From Clostridia bacterium (GTDB taxonomy: Bacteria; Bacillota; Clostridia; Christensenellales; CAG-138), in NCBI GenBank assembly GCA_017394835.1, contig JAFPXD010000003.1, positions 78,221 through 142,220 of the forward strand: a DNA stretch of 64,000 nucleotides. The letters run 5' to 3'. Numbering within the stretch: the stretch's first letter is position 1; each line of letters starts with the position of its first letter. Shown piece by piece: positions 7,256 through 15,559 of the stretch. The notes beneath the pieces were generated by a model. The model had not been told where the DNA came from. It saw only the letters and a list, made by a program, of their open reading frames with translations, and searched no databases. The position numbers and the translations under genes were made by a program.

Positions 7256-7906
7256 ATGAAAAGGTTTATCGCACTGCTTATCAGCGTTCTTTTGATCGCC
7301 TTGCTGCCCAATATGATCCTTGCCGAGGCGCAGTCCGAGCCCAAGGATGAGCTCATTCCCATCCACGAGGTTTATATAATGGGCTTCCGTCCCGCCGTTG
7401 CGGGCTCCACGCCGGAATTCGCCGATCCGCTTTTCACGTATGAGGGCGTATTCGATATTTACTCCCACGTCTATTCCTACTGGCATGACAATACGGAAGG
7501 ACACGATATGTTCGAAGAGCAGGTACCCTTCGTGATCGATCATGAATACAGCGAGGGATGCATGATCGCCGCTGGCGACGGCTATTATTTCGCGGAAGAC
7601 TGTGTTTTCTACATCAACGGGCACGCGGAATTCGTCGATTTTGTCATGCCGCATCAGTATTTCGATAACTGCGTATATGTTCAGTCGATCGCCTTCCCCT
7701 GCTATGAGCAGTACGTGCTCGGCGATATAAACGGTTCCGGCGCCATCGAAAGCGAAGACGCGCTCCTCGCGTTCCGCAGCGCAATGGGCCTTGGCACGTT
7801 CACCGAGGAGCAGGCTTTCATAGGCGACGTCAACTTCAGCGGCAGCGTGACCTCATCGGACGCCTTGAACATCCTCCGCGCCGCGCTTGGTATGATAGAG
7901 CTCTGA
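7256..7906 (+). CDS. Secreted dockerin-containing protein with an uncharacterised N-terminal domain
   Basis: ATG at 7256 lies 6 nt after AGGAG. Signal peptide MKRFIALLISVLLIALLPNMILAEA. C-terminal type I dockerin duplicated Ca-binding repeats (GDINGSGAIESEDAL, GDVNFSGSVTSSDAL). An extended -10 TGCTATAAT is at 7198-7206. Confidence 0.8.
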   Translation: MKRFIALLISVLLIALLPNMILAEAQSEPKDELIPIHEVYIMGFRPAVAGSTPEFADPLFTYEGVFDIYSHVYSYWHDNTEGHDMFEEQVPFVIDHEYSEGCMIAAGDGYYFAEDCVFYINGHAEFVDFVMPHQYFDNCVYVQSIAFPCYEQYVLGDINGSGAIESEDALLAFRSAMGLGTFTEEQAFIGDVNFSGSVTSSDALNILRAALGMIEL

Positions 7907-7959
7907 TCCCTGGCCTTCCGCGGTATGCCGCGTAATATCATTCTCTTTTCCGTCTTAAC

Positions 7960-7995
7960 GGGATCGCGGTCTTTTCGGGACCGCGATCCTTTTTC
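7960..7995 (+). terminator. Intrinsic terminator after the dockerin gene
   Basis: GGGATCGCGGTC-TTTTC-GGGACCGCGATCC followed by TTTTT. Confidence 0.8.
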
Positions 7996-8025
7996 ATGCA
8001 GACGCGGAGAAATTACCGTAAACCT

Positions 8026-8067
8026 AAACTGTAATTCGAATTTGAGAAAACTGTAATTCGAATTTGA
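8026..8067 (+). promoter_or_regulatory. Tandem 20-nt direct repeats (candidate operator or activator sites) abutting the -35 element
   Basis: AAACTGTAATTCGAATTTGA occurs at 8026-8045 and again at 8048-8067, a 22-nt period. Each copy contains the palindrome AATTCGAATT. Confidence 0.5.
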
Positions 8068-8076
8068 AAAAACCTA

Positions 8077-8105
8077 TTGCAATATGGCATGGCATCGTTT
8101 ATAAT
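8077..8105 (+). promoter_or_regulatory. Sigma-A type promoter of the hydrolase/GNAT island
   Basis: TTGCAA (8077-8082), 17-nt spacer, TATAAT (8100-8105). It is followed by a non-coding leader of about 420 nt. Confidence 0.55.
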
Positions 8106-8529
8106 AGGATTTAGGCCAAACGAGCCTGCGCCGCGCTCCCCAAGGAGCGCGAATGATCAGAAAGGGGATCGACCGATGTTTTTTATCGCATTATGACCTG
8201 TGCGTCAATACCCAAGTATTGACGGCGTGCAGCCGGAGTTTCACAAGAAGGGACAGAGCCGTGAAAACAAATCGCATACATTGCGTTATTTGTGATGAAC
8301 GAGCTTGATTTCTATACCCGGAAAGCTGCACACAGATCGTTTTGCGGCAAAGAGCATAGTCGGCCCATATGGGCGATCCCGCTTCCGAAAATGAGCGGAT
8401 CATACCTACGTTTGATTTTGTGCAGGAGCATTTCGCTTTTCATACAAATCGACCGCGGATCGGCAATCGCTTTGCCCGGTCCGATTTTTATATATAAACT
8501 CACGTGTTTTACAAGGAGAAACAATCATT

Positions 8530-9900
8530 ATGGATAAGAAATCATTGATGGAAAAACTGGCCCGCGCGGCCTATGAAAAGGGCGGCTTCAACGGCGCGTG
8601 GCTTTACGCCGAGAACGGCGAGATCGTATCAAAGGGTGCTTACGGCTTCCGCGACCCCGAAAACACTCTCACGATAGAGGAGGATTCGATATTCCAGCTG
8701 GCGTCCGTGACAAAGCAGTTCACGGCGGCGGCGGTAATGCTGACTGTGCGCGAGGGGAAGCTCGGCCTTGATGACGAGATATTAAAGTTCTTTCCGGAGC
8801 TTGAGAAATACAAGGGCGTGACGGTGCGCCATCTTTTGACCCACACGAGCGGCATCCCCGATTACTTCGACGATATGGATTGGTTCATCGATCTCTGGAA
8901 GAAGGAGAACCGCGTGCCTTCGGGCGCGGAGATACCGCGCTTCCTTCTCGAAACGGAGGCGGAGCCCTACGGCGCGCCGGGCGAGACGTTCCAGTATTCC
9001 AACACCGGCTACAATCTTTTGGCGGAGATTGTCGAGAAGGTCTCCGGAACGCCGTTTGAGGAGTTCCTTAAGAAGAACGTTTTCGAGCCCGCGGGCATGG
9101 AAAATACCCGCTGCTGCCATATCCGCCGCGACGGCGTTCCCTTCGATAACTACGCTCGCGCGACGGTCATCGAGGACGATAAACTCGTCGCCGACGTGGA
9201 TTCCGAGGATTACCGCGACGTGACCGCGTTCGACGGCCTGAACGGCGACGACTACGTTTTCACCAACATCTTCGATATGTTCAAATGGGACCGTGCCCTG
9301 CGCGAGGGCAAGGTCATCACGCTCGAGGAGCAGAAACTGATGTACACTCCCGGGAAGCTCAATAACGGCGAGAACGCCGGCTTTGAAGGCGATGAGGGCT
9401 ACGGCTTCGGCTGGTGCGTCAAAAACGACGAAAAGCTCGGCCTCGTAGTCAGCCACTCCGGCGGCATGCCCGGCGTCGGTACATTGTTCGAGCGGTTCAT
9501 CGACGCGGACAAGATGCTCGTCATTCTCACCAACCGCGACTGGGTCGACGCCAGAGCCTATATGAGCTTTGAAGACGGCGTCAGGGGCATGGCGCACGGC
9601 AGGGAGCCCGAGCCCATCCGCGCCGTCGAGGATATAGCGCTCAAGGATCCCGACAAGTCCAACTGGGAGAGCTTCTGCGGAAAATACGAGCATCCCGAGG
9701 ACGAGGATTTCATCATCGACGAGGTCTATATGAAGGACGGCGAGCTTTATGCAAAGGCCATCGACGGCGACGGCGACGATCTCGAATTCATGCTCTACCC
9801 CATAGGGGAGAACGAGTTCGGAAGGAAACGCGGCATGATAAAGCTGACCTTCGGCGAGGATAACGTTACTTACGGCGGGAATACCTGCAAAAAAGATTAA
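8530..9900 (+). CDS. Beta-lactamase-fold serine hydrolase (class C / DD-peptidase / esterase family) with a conserved C-terminal module
   Basis: SxxK motif ASVTKQF, YSNTGY (YxN) and HSGG (box III-like). No signal peptide. The last 85 aa or so (WESFCGKYE...LYPIGENEFGRK...) recur on three other proteins in the island. Confidence 0.85.
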   Translation: MDKKSLMEKLARAAYEKGGFNGAWLYAENGEIVSKGAYGFRDPENTLTIEEDSIFQLASVTKQFTAAAVMLTVREGKLGLDDEILKFFPELEKYKGVTVRHLLTHTSGIPDYFDDMDWFIDLWKKENRVPSGAEIPRFLLETEAEPYGAPGETFQYSNTGYNLLAEIVEKVSGTPFEEFLKKNVFEPAGMENTRCCHIRRDGVPFDNYARATVIEDDKLVADVDSEDYRDVTAFDGLNGDDYVFTNIFDMFKWDRALREGKVITLEEQKLMYTPGKLNNGENAGFEGDEGYGFGWCVKNDEKLGLVVSHSGGMPGVGTLFERFIDADKMLVILTNRDWVDARAYMSFEDGVRGMAHGREPEPIRAVEDIALKDPDKSNWESFCGKYEHPEDEDFIIDEVYMKDGELYAKAIDGDGDDLEFMLYPIGENEFGRKRGMIKLTFGEDNVTYGGNTCKKD

Positions 9901-9920
9901 AGAATAAAAGGAGAATTATT

Positions 9921-10439
9921 ATGGAAAACTCAACCGATAACGTAAGACTTGTAAAGGTGGATACGGACAATCTTGATGAACTTATCAAGCTTACCGTAAA
10001 CGACTATCAGAAAAACTTTGTTGCAAGCAACATATACAGCCTTGCGGAGGCCTATGCCACCGTCGCCGAGGGCGGCTTTGCGCAGCCCTTCGGCATATAT
10101 GCCGACGAGGAGCCGGTAGGGTTCCTGATGATAGGCTATTTCAAAAAGGACGATGAGGATGACGACGAAGAGGAAACGCCCGACTACGTTTTCGAAAACT
10201 ACCTCTTCTGGCGTTTCATGATCGACAAGGAGTATCAGCAGAAGGGCTACGGCCGTGAGGCGCTGAAGCTCGCGCTCGATTACATCCGCACCTTCCCTGC
10301 CGGCCCCGCCGAATACTGCTGGCTTTCCTACGAGCCCGAGAACGAGGTGGCAAGAAAGCTTTACGCCTCCTTCGGCTTCGTTGAAGAGCCCGAAATGCCT
10401 AAAGGCTGGGACGAGATACCCGCTCTCCTGAAGCTGTAA
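9921..10439 (+). CDS. GNAT family N-acetyltransferase (paralog set 1)
   Basis: 172 aa. Acetyl-CoA binding region WRFMIDKEYQQKGYGREALKLAL and ARKLYASFGF. An acidic insert (KKDDEDDDEEE) is present. Confidence 0.85.
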   Translation: MENSTDNVRLVKVDTDNLDELIKLTVNDYQKNFVASNIYSLAEAYATVAEGGFAQPFGIYADEEPVGFLMIGYFKKDDEDDDEEETPDYVFENYLFWRFMIDKEYQQKGYGREALKLALDYIRTFPAGPAEYCWLSYEPENEVARKLYASFGFVEEPEMPKGWDEIPALLKL

Positions 10440-10478
10440 ACCGGCAAAAAGCTGTGAAGCAAAAACAAAAAAACGGAA

Positions 10479-11513
10479 GTGAGAAAAGTGATATTTGAAC
10501 TTAAAGATACGAAGAAGGCCGCACCGCTCTTTGAAGGGCTGCATGACTCGCTGATCCAGACCTGCCTCGACGGCATGCTTGGCGGCAAGATATACGTTAC
10601 CGATACGGAAGCGCCGCGCTCTGCGATGGCTTTCGTCGCGGAATTTGCGTATTTCGCAGGCGAGCCCGACCGCGAGCTTGCCGCGTTCAAGCCCAAGGGA
10701 TACGTCGGCATGGTGCCGCCGGATGAACGCTGGGCTCAGCTTATCGAGGAATACTGGCCGGACGCCGACAAGACGACCCGCTATGCGCTCAAAAAGGATG
10801 GGAAGTTCGACCGCAAAAAGCTCGAAAGCTTTATCGCCGCTATTCCGGACGGATATGAGCTTAAAAGGATCGACGGCGATATCTACGATATGCTGATCAA
10901 GGACGAGGATTTCGACGACAGCGTCAGCCATTTCGAATCCAAGGAACAGTACCTTGATATGGGGCGAGGCTTCGTCATAATGAAGGACGGCGAAATCGTT
11001 TCCGCCGCCTCGAGCTACACCGTTTACAGCAAGGGCCTGGATATTCAGATCGACACGGCAAAGGAAGAGAGACGCAAGGGCTTGGCGAGCGTTGCCGGAG
11101 CGGCGCTGATCCTCTCATGCATGGACGACGGGCTTGCCCCAAGATGGGATGCGGCAAATACGGATTCGCTGCATCTTGCCGAAAAGCTCGGTTTTGAATT
11201 CAGCCATGAGTACCTCTGCTATTGGGTGGACGCGATATTCGACCGCGTTATCAAGGATCCGGACAGGTCCCTTTGGGATTCCTTCTGCGGCCGCTACGAG
11301 ATGGAAAACGAGAGCCGTAAAGTATTCGAGATCCTTTTGAAGGACGGCGATCTGTATTGCGCGTTTTCCGGCAAGGACGGCGATCCGTTGGAGCTTAAGC
11401 TTTTCCCCGTCGGAGAGAACGTCTTCGGCTTCATGTGGGCGGACGATGAGATCGTTTTTAAGGACGGCGCGTTGATCGTCAACAATATCAAATGCAATAG
11501 AACGAAAGACTGA
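10479..11513 (+). CDS. Two-part protein: ZmaR-like GNAT acetyltransferase fused to the island's C-terminal module
   Basis: GNAT core DIQIDTAKEERRKGLASVAGAALI...HLAEKLGF in the long-N-terminus GNAT_acetyltran architecture. The C-terminus LWDSFCGRYE...LFPVGENVFG is homologous to the hydrolase tails. The GTG start is uncertain (10479 or 10488). Confidence 0.7.
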   Translation: MRKVIFELKDTKKAAPLFEGLHDSLIQTCLDGMLGGKIYVTDTEAPRSAMAFVAEFAYFAGEPDRELAAFKPKGYVGMVPPDERWAQLIEEYWPDADKTTRYALKKDGKFDRKKLESFIAAIPDGYELKRIDGDIYDMLIKDEDFDDSVSHFESKEQYLDMGRGFVIMKDGEIVSAASSYTVYSKGLDIQIDTAKEERRKGLASVAGAALILSCMDDGLAPRWDAANTDSLHLAEKLGFEFSHEYLCYWVDAIFDRVIKDPDRSLWDSFCGRYEMENESRKVFEILLKDGDLYCAFSGKDGDPLELKLFPVGENVFGFMWADDEIVFKDGALIVNNIKCNRTKD

Positions 11514-11542
11514 AAGCTGTGATAGGCAGCTTGGGAGGAAAT

Positions 11543-12022
11543 ATGATCCATCTTGAAAAACTGACTTATGATAACTTTTACGACGTATTTGGGCTCAAAG
11601 TGAAGAAGGTCCAGTACCCCTTCGTGGCGAGCAATATGTTCAGCGTCGCGGAGGCTTACGTCACCATGATAAACGGCGGGCACGTTTACCCATTCGCCAT
11701 CTATAACGACAAGAAGCTTGTGGGCTTTATCCAGCTCGCCTACGGCGAAAACGCCGATCAGGACGGCGTGAGCATGGAGAAGGACAGCTACGAGGTCTGG
11801 CGCTTCATGATCGACAAGCGCTATCAGGGCCGCGGCTACGGAAAGGAAGCGCTGAAACTGGCGCTGGATTTCATACGCACCTTCCCCGCGGGGCCGGCGG
11901 AGCTCTGCTGGATATCCTACGAGCCGGAGAACGAGACCGCAAGGAAGCTCTATGCCTCCTTCGGCTTCGAGGAGACCGGCGAAATGTGCGGCGATGAGAT
12001 CGTCGCGGTACTTAAACTATGA
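11543..12022 (+). CDS. GNAT family N-acetyltransferase (paralog of 9921..10439)
   Basis: ATG at 11543 after GGGAGG. WRFMIDKRYQGRGYGKEALKLALDFIRTFPAGPAELCWISYEPENETARKLYASFGF is near-identical in motif order to the 9921 product. Confidence 0.85.
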   Translation: MIHLEKLTYDNFYDVFGLKVKKVQYPFVASNMFSVAEAYVTMINGGHVYPFAIYNDKKLVGFIQLAYGENADQDGVSMEKDSYEVWRFMIDKRYQGRGYGKEALKLALDFIRTFPAGPAELCWISYEPENETARKLYASFGFEETGEMCGDEIVAVLKL

Positions 12023-12040
12023 TCATTAAGGAGAAATATT

Positions 12041-13750
12041 ATGAAATTTTCGGAAATGCCTTATGAAAGGCCCGACGTTGAGGAGATGAAAAAGAGCATC
12101 CGCGCTTTCACGGAAAGGCTCAAAAACGCCGCGAGCTATGAAGAAGCGCGCGAGGTATTCCTCGAATACGATAAACAGTACAAGAAGGACGACGCGCCCA
12201 TAACCCTCGCCTACATCCGCCAGTCGATAGACACGCGTGATGAGTTCTATAACGCGGAAAAGGAATTCTGGGACGAGAACCTTCCCGAGATAGAGGAATA
12301 CGAGCAGGAGTGGATAGAGGCGCTGGTAGAAAGTCCCTTCCGCGCGGAGTTCGCCGCTGAGTTCGGCGACCTCATGTTCGTCAAGGCGGAGATGGAGAAA
12401 AAGACCTTCTCGCCCGCGATAATCGAGGATCTGCAGAAGGAGAACGAGCTCGTCAGCGAATACGACGATCTCATTGCCTCCGCGCAGATACCATTCGAGG
12501 GCGGCGTCTACACGCTCTCGCAGCTCTGGCCCTTTGAAAGCGACCCCGACGACGAAAAAAGGCTCGCCGCCAACATCGCCGACGGCAAATGGTACGCGGA
12601 AAACGGGCAGCGCCTTGACGAGATCTACGACGAGCTCGTGCGTCTTCGCGACGGCATGGGCAAGAAGTTAGGCTTCGGCGGCTATACCAAGCTCGGCTAT
12701 TACCGAATGGGGCGCAACTGCTACACGGAGGAGGACGTAAAGAGCTTCCGCGAGGCGGTTATAAAATACGTCGTTCCCATTGCGGAGCGCTTGAAGCGCC
12801 AGCAGGCGGAAAGGATAGGCAGGCCGTATCCCATGTATTGGGCGGATCAGGGTCTTAAGTTCCGCAAGGGCAATCCCCGCCCCGCGGGCGACGCGGATTA
12901 CATACTCGGGCAGGGAAAGAAGTTCTATGACGAACTCTCCCCCGAAACGAGCGAGTTCTTCCACACGATGCTTGACGAGGAGCTCATGGACGTGCTCTCC
13001 ACCGAGGGCAAGCAGTCCGGCGGCTATGAGAACAGTATCGATTATTATGAGCGCCCGTTCATTTTCGCCAATTTCAACGGCACTCAGGGCGACGTGGAGG
13101 TCGTCACGCACGAGGCGGGGCACGCCTTCGCCTACTGGATGAACCGCAAGCGCGTTCCCTTCACAAGCTGCGAGCCCTCCGCCGAGGCGTGCGAGGTGCA
13201 TTCAATGAGCATGGAGTTCTTCGGCTGGAGGAATGCCGAGGGCTTCTTCGGAGCGGACGCCGATAAGTTCAAATACAGCCATCTTGCCTCCGCGCTGACC
13301 TTCATCCCCTACGGCACGCTCGTGGATCATTTCCAGCATATCGTCTATGAAAAGCCCGAAATGACCCCTGCCGAGCGCCACGCGGAGTGGAAGCGCCTGA
13401 GCGCGATCTATATGCCATGGGAAAGGCTCTCCTGTGACGATCCCGTGCCCTTCTACCCCGAAGGCAGGGTCTGGCAGAGCCAGGAGCATATCTATCAGGC
13501 GCCTTTCTACTATATCGATTACTGCCTCGCGCAGACGGTCGCTCTGGAATTCTGGGCGCTGCTGCAGAAGGATGAAAAGGAAGCATGGGAGCGCTATATG
13601 GACTATACCAAGCAGGGCGGCACCCGCACCTTCACGGAACTGCTGAAGCACGCGGGCCTCAAGACCCCCTTTGACGAGGAGTGCTTAAAGGAGGTCTGCG
13701 AGACCGCCGATAAGTGGCTCGACGAATTCGATCTTACCGGGATCGAATAA
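12041..13750 (+). CDS. pepF: M3B family oligoendopeptidase F
   Basis: 569 aa with the zinc motif HEAGHAF in the expected context. The length and C-terminal helical domain are typical of PepF. Confidence 0.85.
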   Translation: MKFSEMPYERPDVEEMKKSIRAFTERLKNAASYEEAREVFLEYDKQYKKDDAPITLAYIRQSIDTRDEFYNAEKEFWDENLPEIEEYEQEWIEALVESPFRAEFAAEFGDLMFVKAEMEKKTFSPAIIEDLQKENELVSEYDDLIASAQIPFEGGVYTLSQLWPFESDPDDEKRLAANIADGKWYAENGQRLDEIYDELVRLRDGMGKKLGFGGYTKLGYYRMGRNCYTEEDVKSFREAVIKYVVPIAERLKRQQAERIGRPYPMYWADQGLKFRKGNPRPAGDADYILGQGKKFYDELSPETSEFFHTMLDEELMDVLSTEGKQSGGYENSIDYYERPFIFANFNGTQGDVEVVTHEAGHAFAYWMNRKRVPFTSCEPSAEACEVHSMSMEFFGWRNAEGFFGADADKFKYSHLASALTFIPYGTLVDHFQHIVYEKPEMTPAERHAEWKRLSAIYMPWERLSCDDPVPFYPEGRVWQSQEHIYQAPFYYIDYCLAQTVALEFWALLQKDEKEAWERYMDYTKQGGTRTFTELLKHAGLKTPFDEECLKEVCETADKWLDEFDLTGIE

Positions 13751-13784
13751 ATATGAACATTACCGAAAAATAAAGGAATTTATT

Positions 13785-15524
13785 ATGGAAACCATAACCT
13801 TAAGACCCATAACCGAAGAAAACCGCGAGGCGGTGCTCGCGCTCACGGTAAGAGACGATCAGCCCTTCGTCGCGCCGAACGACGCTTCATTGGAGGAGGC
13901 GGAAAAGGCCAACGCCGAAAACCCCGGCTATGCACGCCCGTTCGGCATCTACGCCGATGATAAGCTCGTCGGCTTCTGCATGTTCGCCTTCGATCCCGAG
14001 GACGAGGATGAGGAGGATCGCTACTGGCTCTGGCGCTTCATGATCGATAAAAACGAGCAGGGTAAGGGCTACGGCCAGGCGGCGCTTTCCGAGATCATCA
14101 ATTATTTCAAGGAAAACGACGCGGACAGGCTCTACCTTTCCACAGAGCCCGAGAACGAGCTCGGCCTGCACGTTTACCACAAGGCGGGCTTCCGCGAGAC
14201 CGGCATGATCAGCTACGGCGAGGCCGTTATGATGCGCATGCTGAAGGGGCCGAACAGGCTCCTCAAGGACTTTTACGGCTTTGATATCGACGGGCCTCTC
14301 GGCATCAAGGGAAAGAAGGGCTACGGCGTCAGCATGGCGGCCAGCTGCGAAGACGGCGTGATCAACACCTACTGCTCCGGCAGCGGAAGGTTCGGGCAGG
14401 ATTTCCCCGTGAACCCCGACATGCTGTTCCAGGCGGGCTCAGTTTCAAAGCCGGCCTTCGCCGCGACCGTGATGCGCTACGTCGACAAGGGCAAGATAGA
14501 CCTTGACGCGGATATTTCGGGAATCGTTCCGGAGTTCGTCAAGAAGGGCCCCGTTACTTTCTCCGCGCTGCTTTCGCACACCGCGGGCTACAACGTGCAC
14601 GGCTTCCCCGGCTACCGCGCGGATCATGCGCCGCTTTCGCTGGAGGACGTATTGAACGGAAAGGGCGTCACTCCGCGGCTCCGCAGGATAAAGCCCTACG
14701 GCAAGCAGCACGTTTATTCCGGCGGCGGCATCACTTTAGCGCAGCTCGCCTTTGAGCGCATCACGGGCACGACCCTGCGCGAGGCATTCCAAAAGGAGGT
14801 CGCGGAGCCTCTGGGCTTAAAGCGCACCGGCTTCTTCCAGCCCCTTGACGAGGAGCTCGTCAAGAACGCCGCGTTCGGCGGAAAACTCGGCATAAAGGAG
14901 GATCCCGAGCACGGGTATCATTACTATCCCGAGCACGCCGCGGCGGGCCTGTGGTCAACGCCCACCGAACTCGTGAAGATAGGCCTCGCGCTCTCGAAGA
15001 GCTACCGCAGGGGCGGCTTCCTCAAAAAGAAGACCGCGCGCCGCATGCTGACCCCCGTTATGGACAGTTACGGCCTCTGCGTTTACAACCTCAGAGGCGA
15101 TATCGGCGAGCACTCCGGCTGGAACGAGGGCTTTGTGACCGAGTGGATGTTCTCACTTCGCGAGGATATGTGCATAGCCTCCATGCTCAACCACTCCACG
15201 GATGATCTCGATTGGGGTCAGACCAAGCTCGCGCTCAAGCTGTTCCAGGACGGTGAGGAATACCTTGCCGGGGAACCGAGCAAAAGGGCGCTGAATTCCT
15301 ATTGCGGAAAGTACTCGCATCCCGATGACGCGGAATTCTTCGTCGAAGAGGTATTCATGAAGGACGATGAGCTGTATGCGAGATTCAAAGACGCCGACGA
15401 GGAATTCGAGAACAGGCTCTATCGCATAGAGAAGAAGACCTTCGGCCGCATCGGAGGTTTTACAAAGCTCGTATTCGATGAGGACGGCGCTTACGTGAAC
15501 GGCGTCACGTGCAAAAAGCTGTGA
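13785..15524 (+). CDS. Fusion protein: GNAT acetyltransferase + beta-lactamase-fold serine hydrolase + shared C-terminal module
   Basis: The N-terminal 150 aa or so are paralogous to the 9921 and 11543 GNATs (WRFMIDKNEQGKGYGQAAL). Then come SxxK (GSVSKPAF), a YSGGG motif at the position of the hydrolase YxN element, and the tail NSYCGKYSHPDD...LYRIEKKTFGR. Confidence 0.85.
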   Translation: METITLRPITEENREAVLALTVRDDQPFVAPNDASLEEAEKANAENPGYARPFGIYADDKLVGFCMFAFDPEDEDEEDRYWLWRFMIDKNEQGKGYGQAALSEIINYFKENDADRLYLSTEPENELGLHVYHKAGFRETGMISYGEAVMMRMLKGPNRLLKDFYGFDIDGPLGIKGKKGYGVSMAASCEDGVINTYCSGSGRFGQDFPVNPDMLFQAGSVSKPAFAATVMRYVDKGKIDLDADISGIVPEFVKKGPVTFSALLSHTAGYNVHGFPGYRADHAPLSLEDVLNGKGVTPRLRRIKPYGKQHVYSGGGITLAQLAFERITGTTLREAFQKEVAEPLGLKRTGFFQPLDEELVKNAAFGGKLGIKEDPEHGYHYYPEHAAAGLWSTPTELVKIGLALSKSYRRGGFLKKKTARRMLTPVMDSYGLCVYNLRGDIGEHSGWNEGFVTEWMFSLREDMCIASMLNHSTDDLDWGQTKLALKLFQDGEEYLAGEPSKRALNSYCGKYSHPDDAEFFVEEVFMKDDELYARFKDADEEFENRLYRIEKKTFGRIGGFTKLVFDEDGAYVNGVTCKKL

Positions 15525-15559
15525 TACTGTGAAATAGACCGAATATAAGGAGAAATATC

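Noticed and set aside
8106-8529. Known riboswitch or T-box in the long leader
   Set aside because: I looked for the T-box sequence/specifier architecture, the B12 box, and TPP (CUGAGA), SAM, purine, glycine, c-di-GMP and ZTP signatures. None was found. The leader is kept only as an unclassified candidate.
8782-10931. Minus-strand ORFs of 303 aa (8782..9693) and 333 aa (9930..10931)
   Set aside because: They lie antisense to the hydrolase and GNAT genes, which have clear catalytic motifs. There are no motifs and no RBS on the minus strand.
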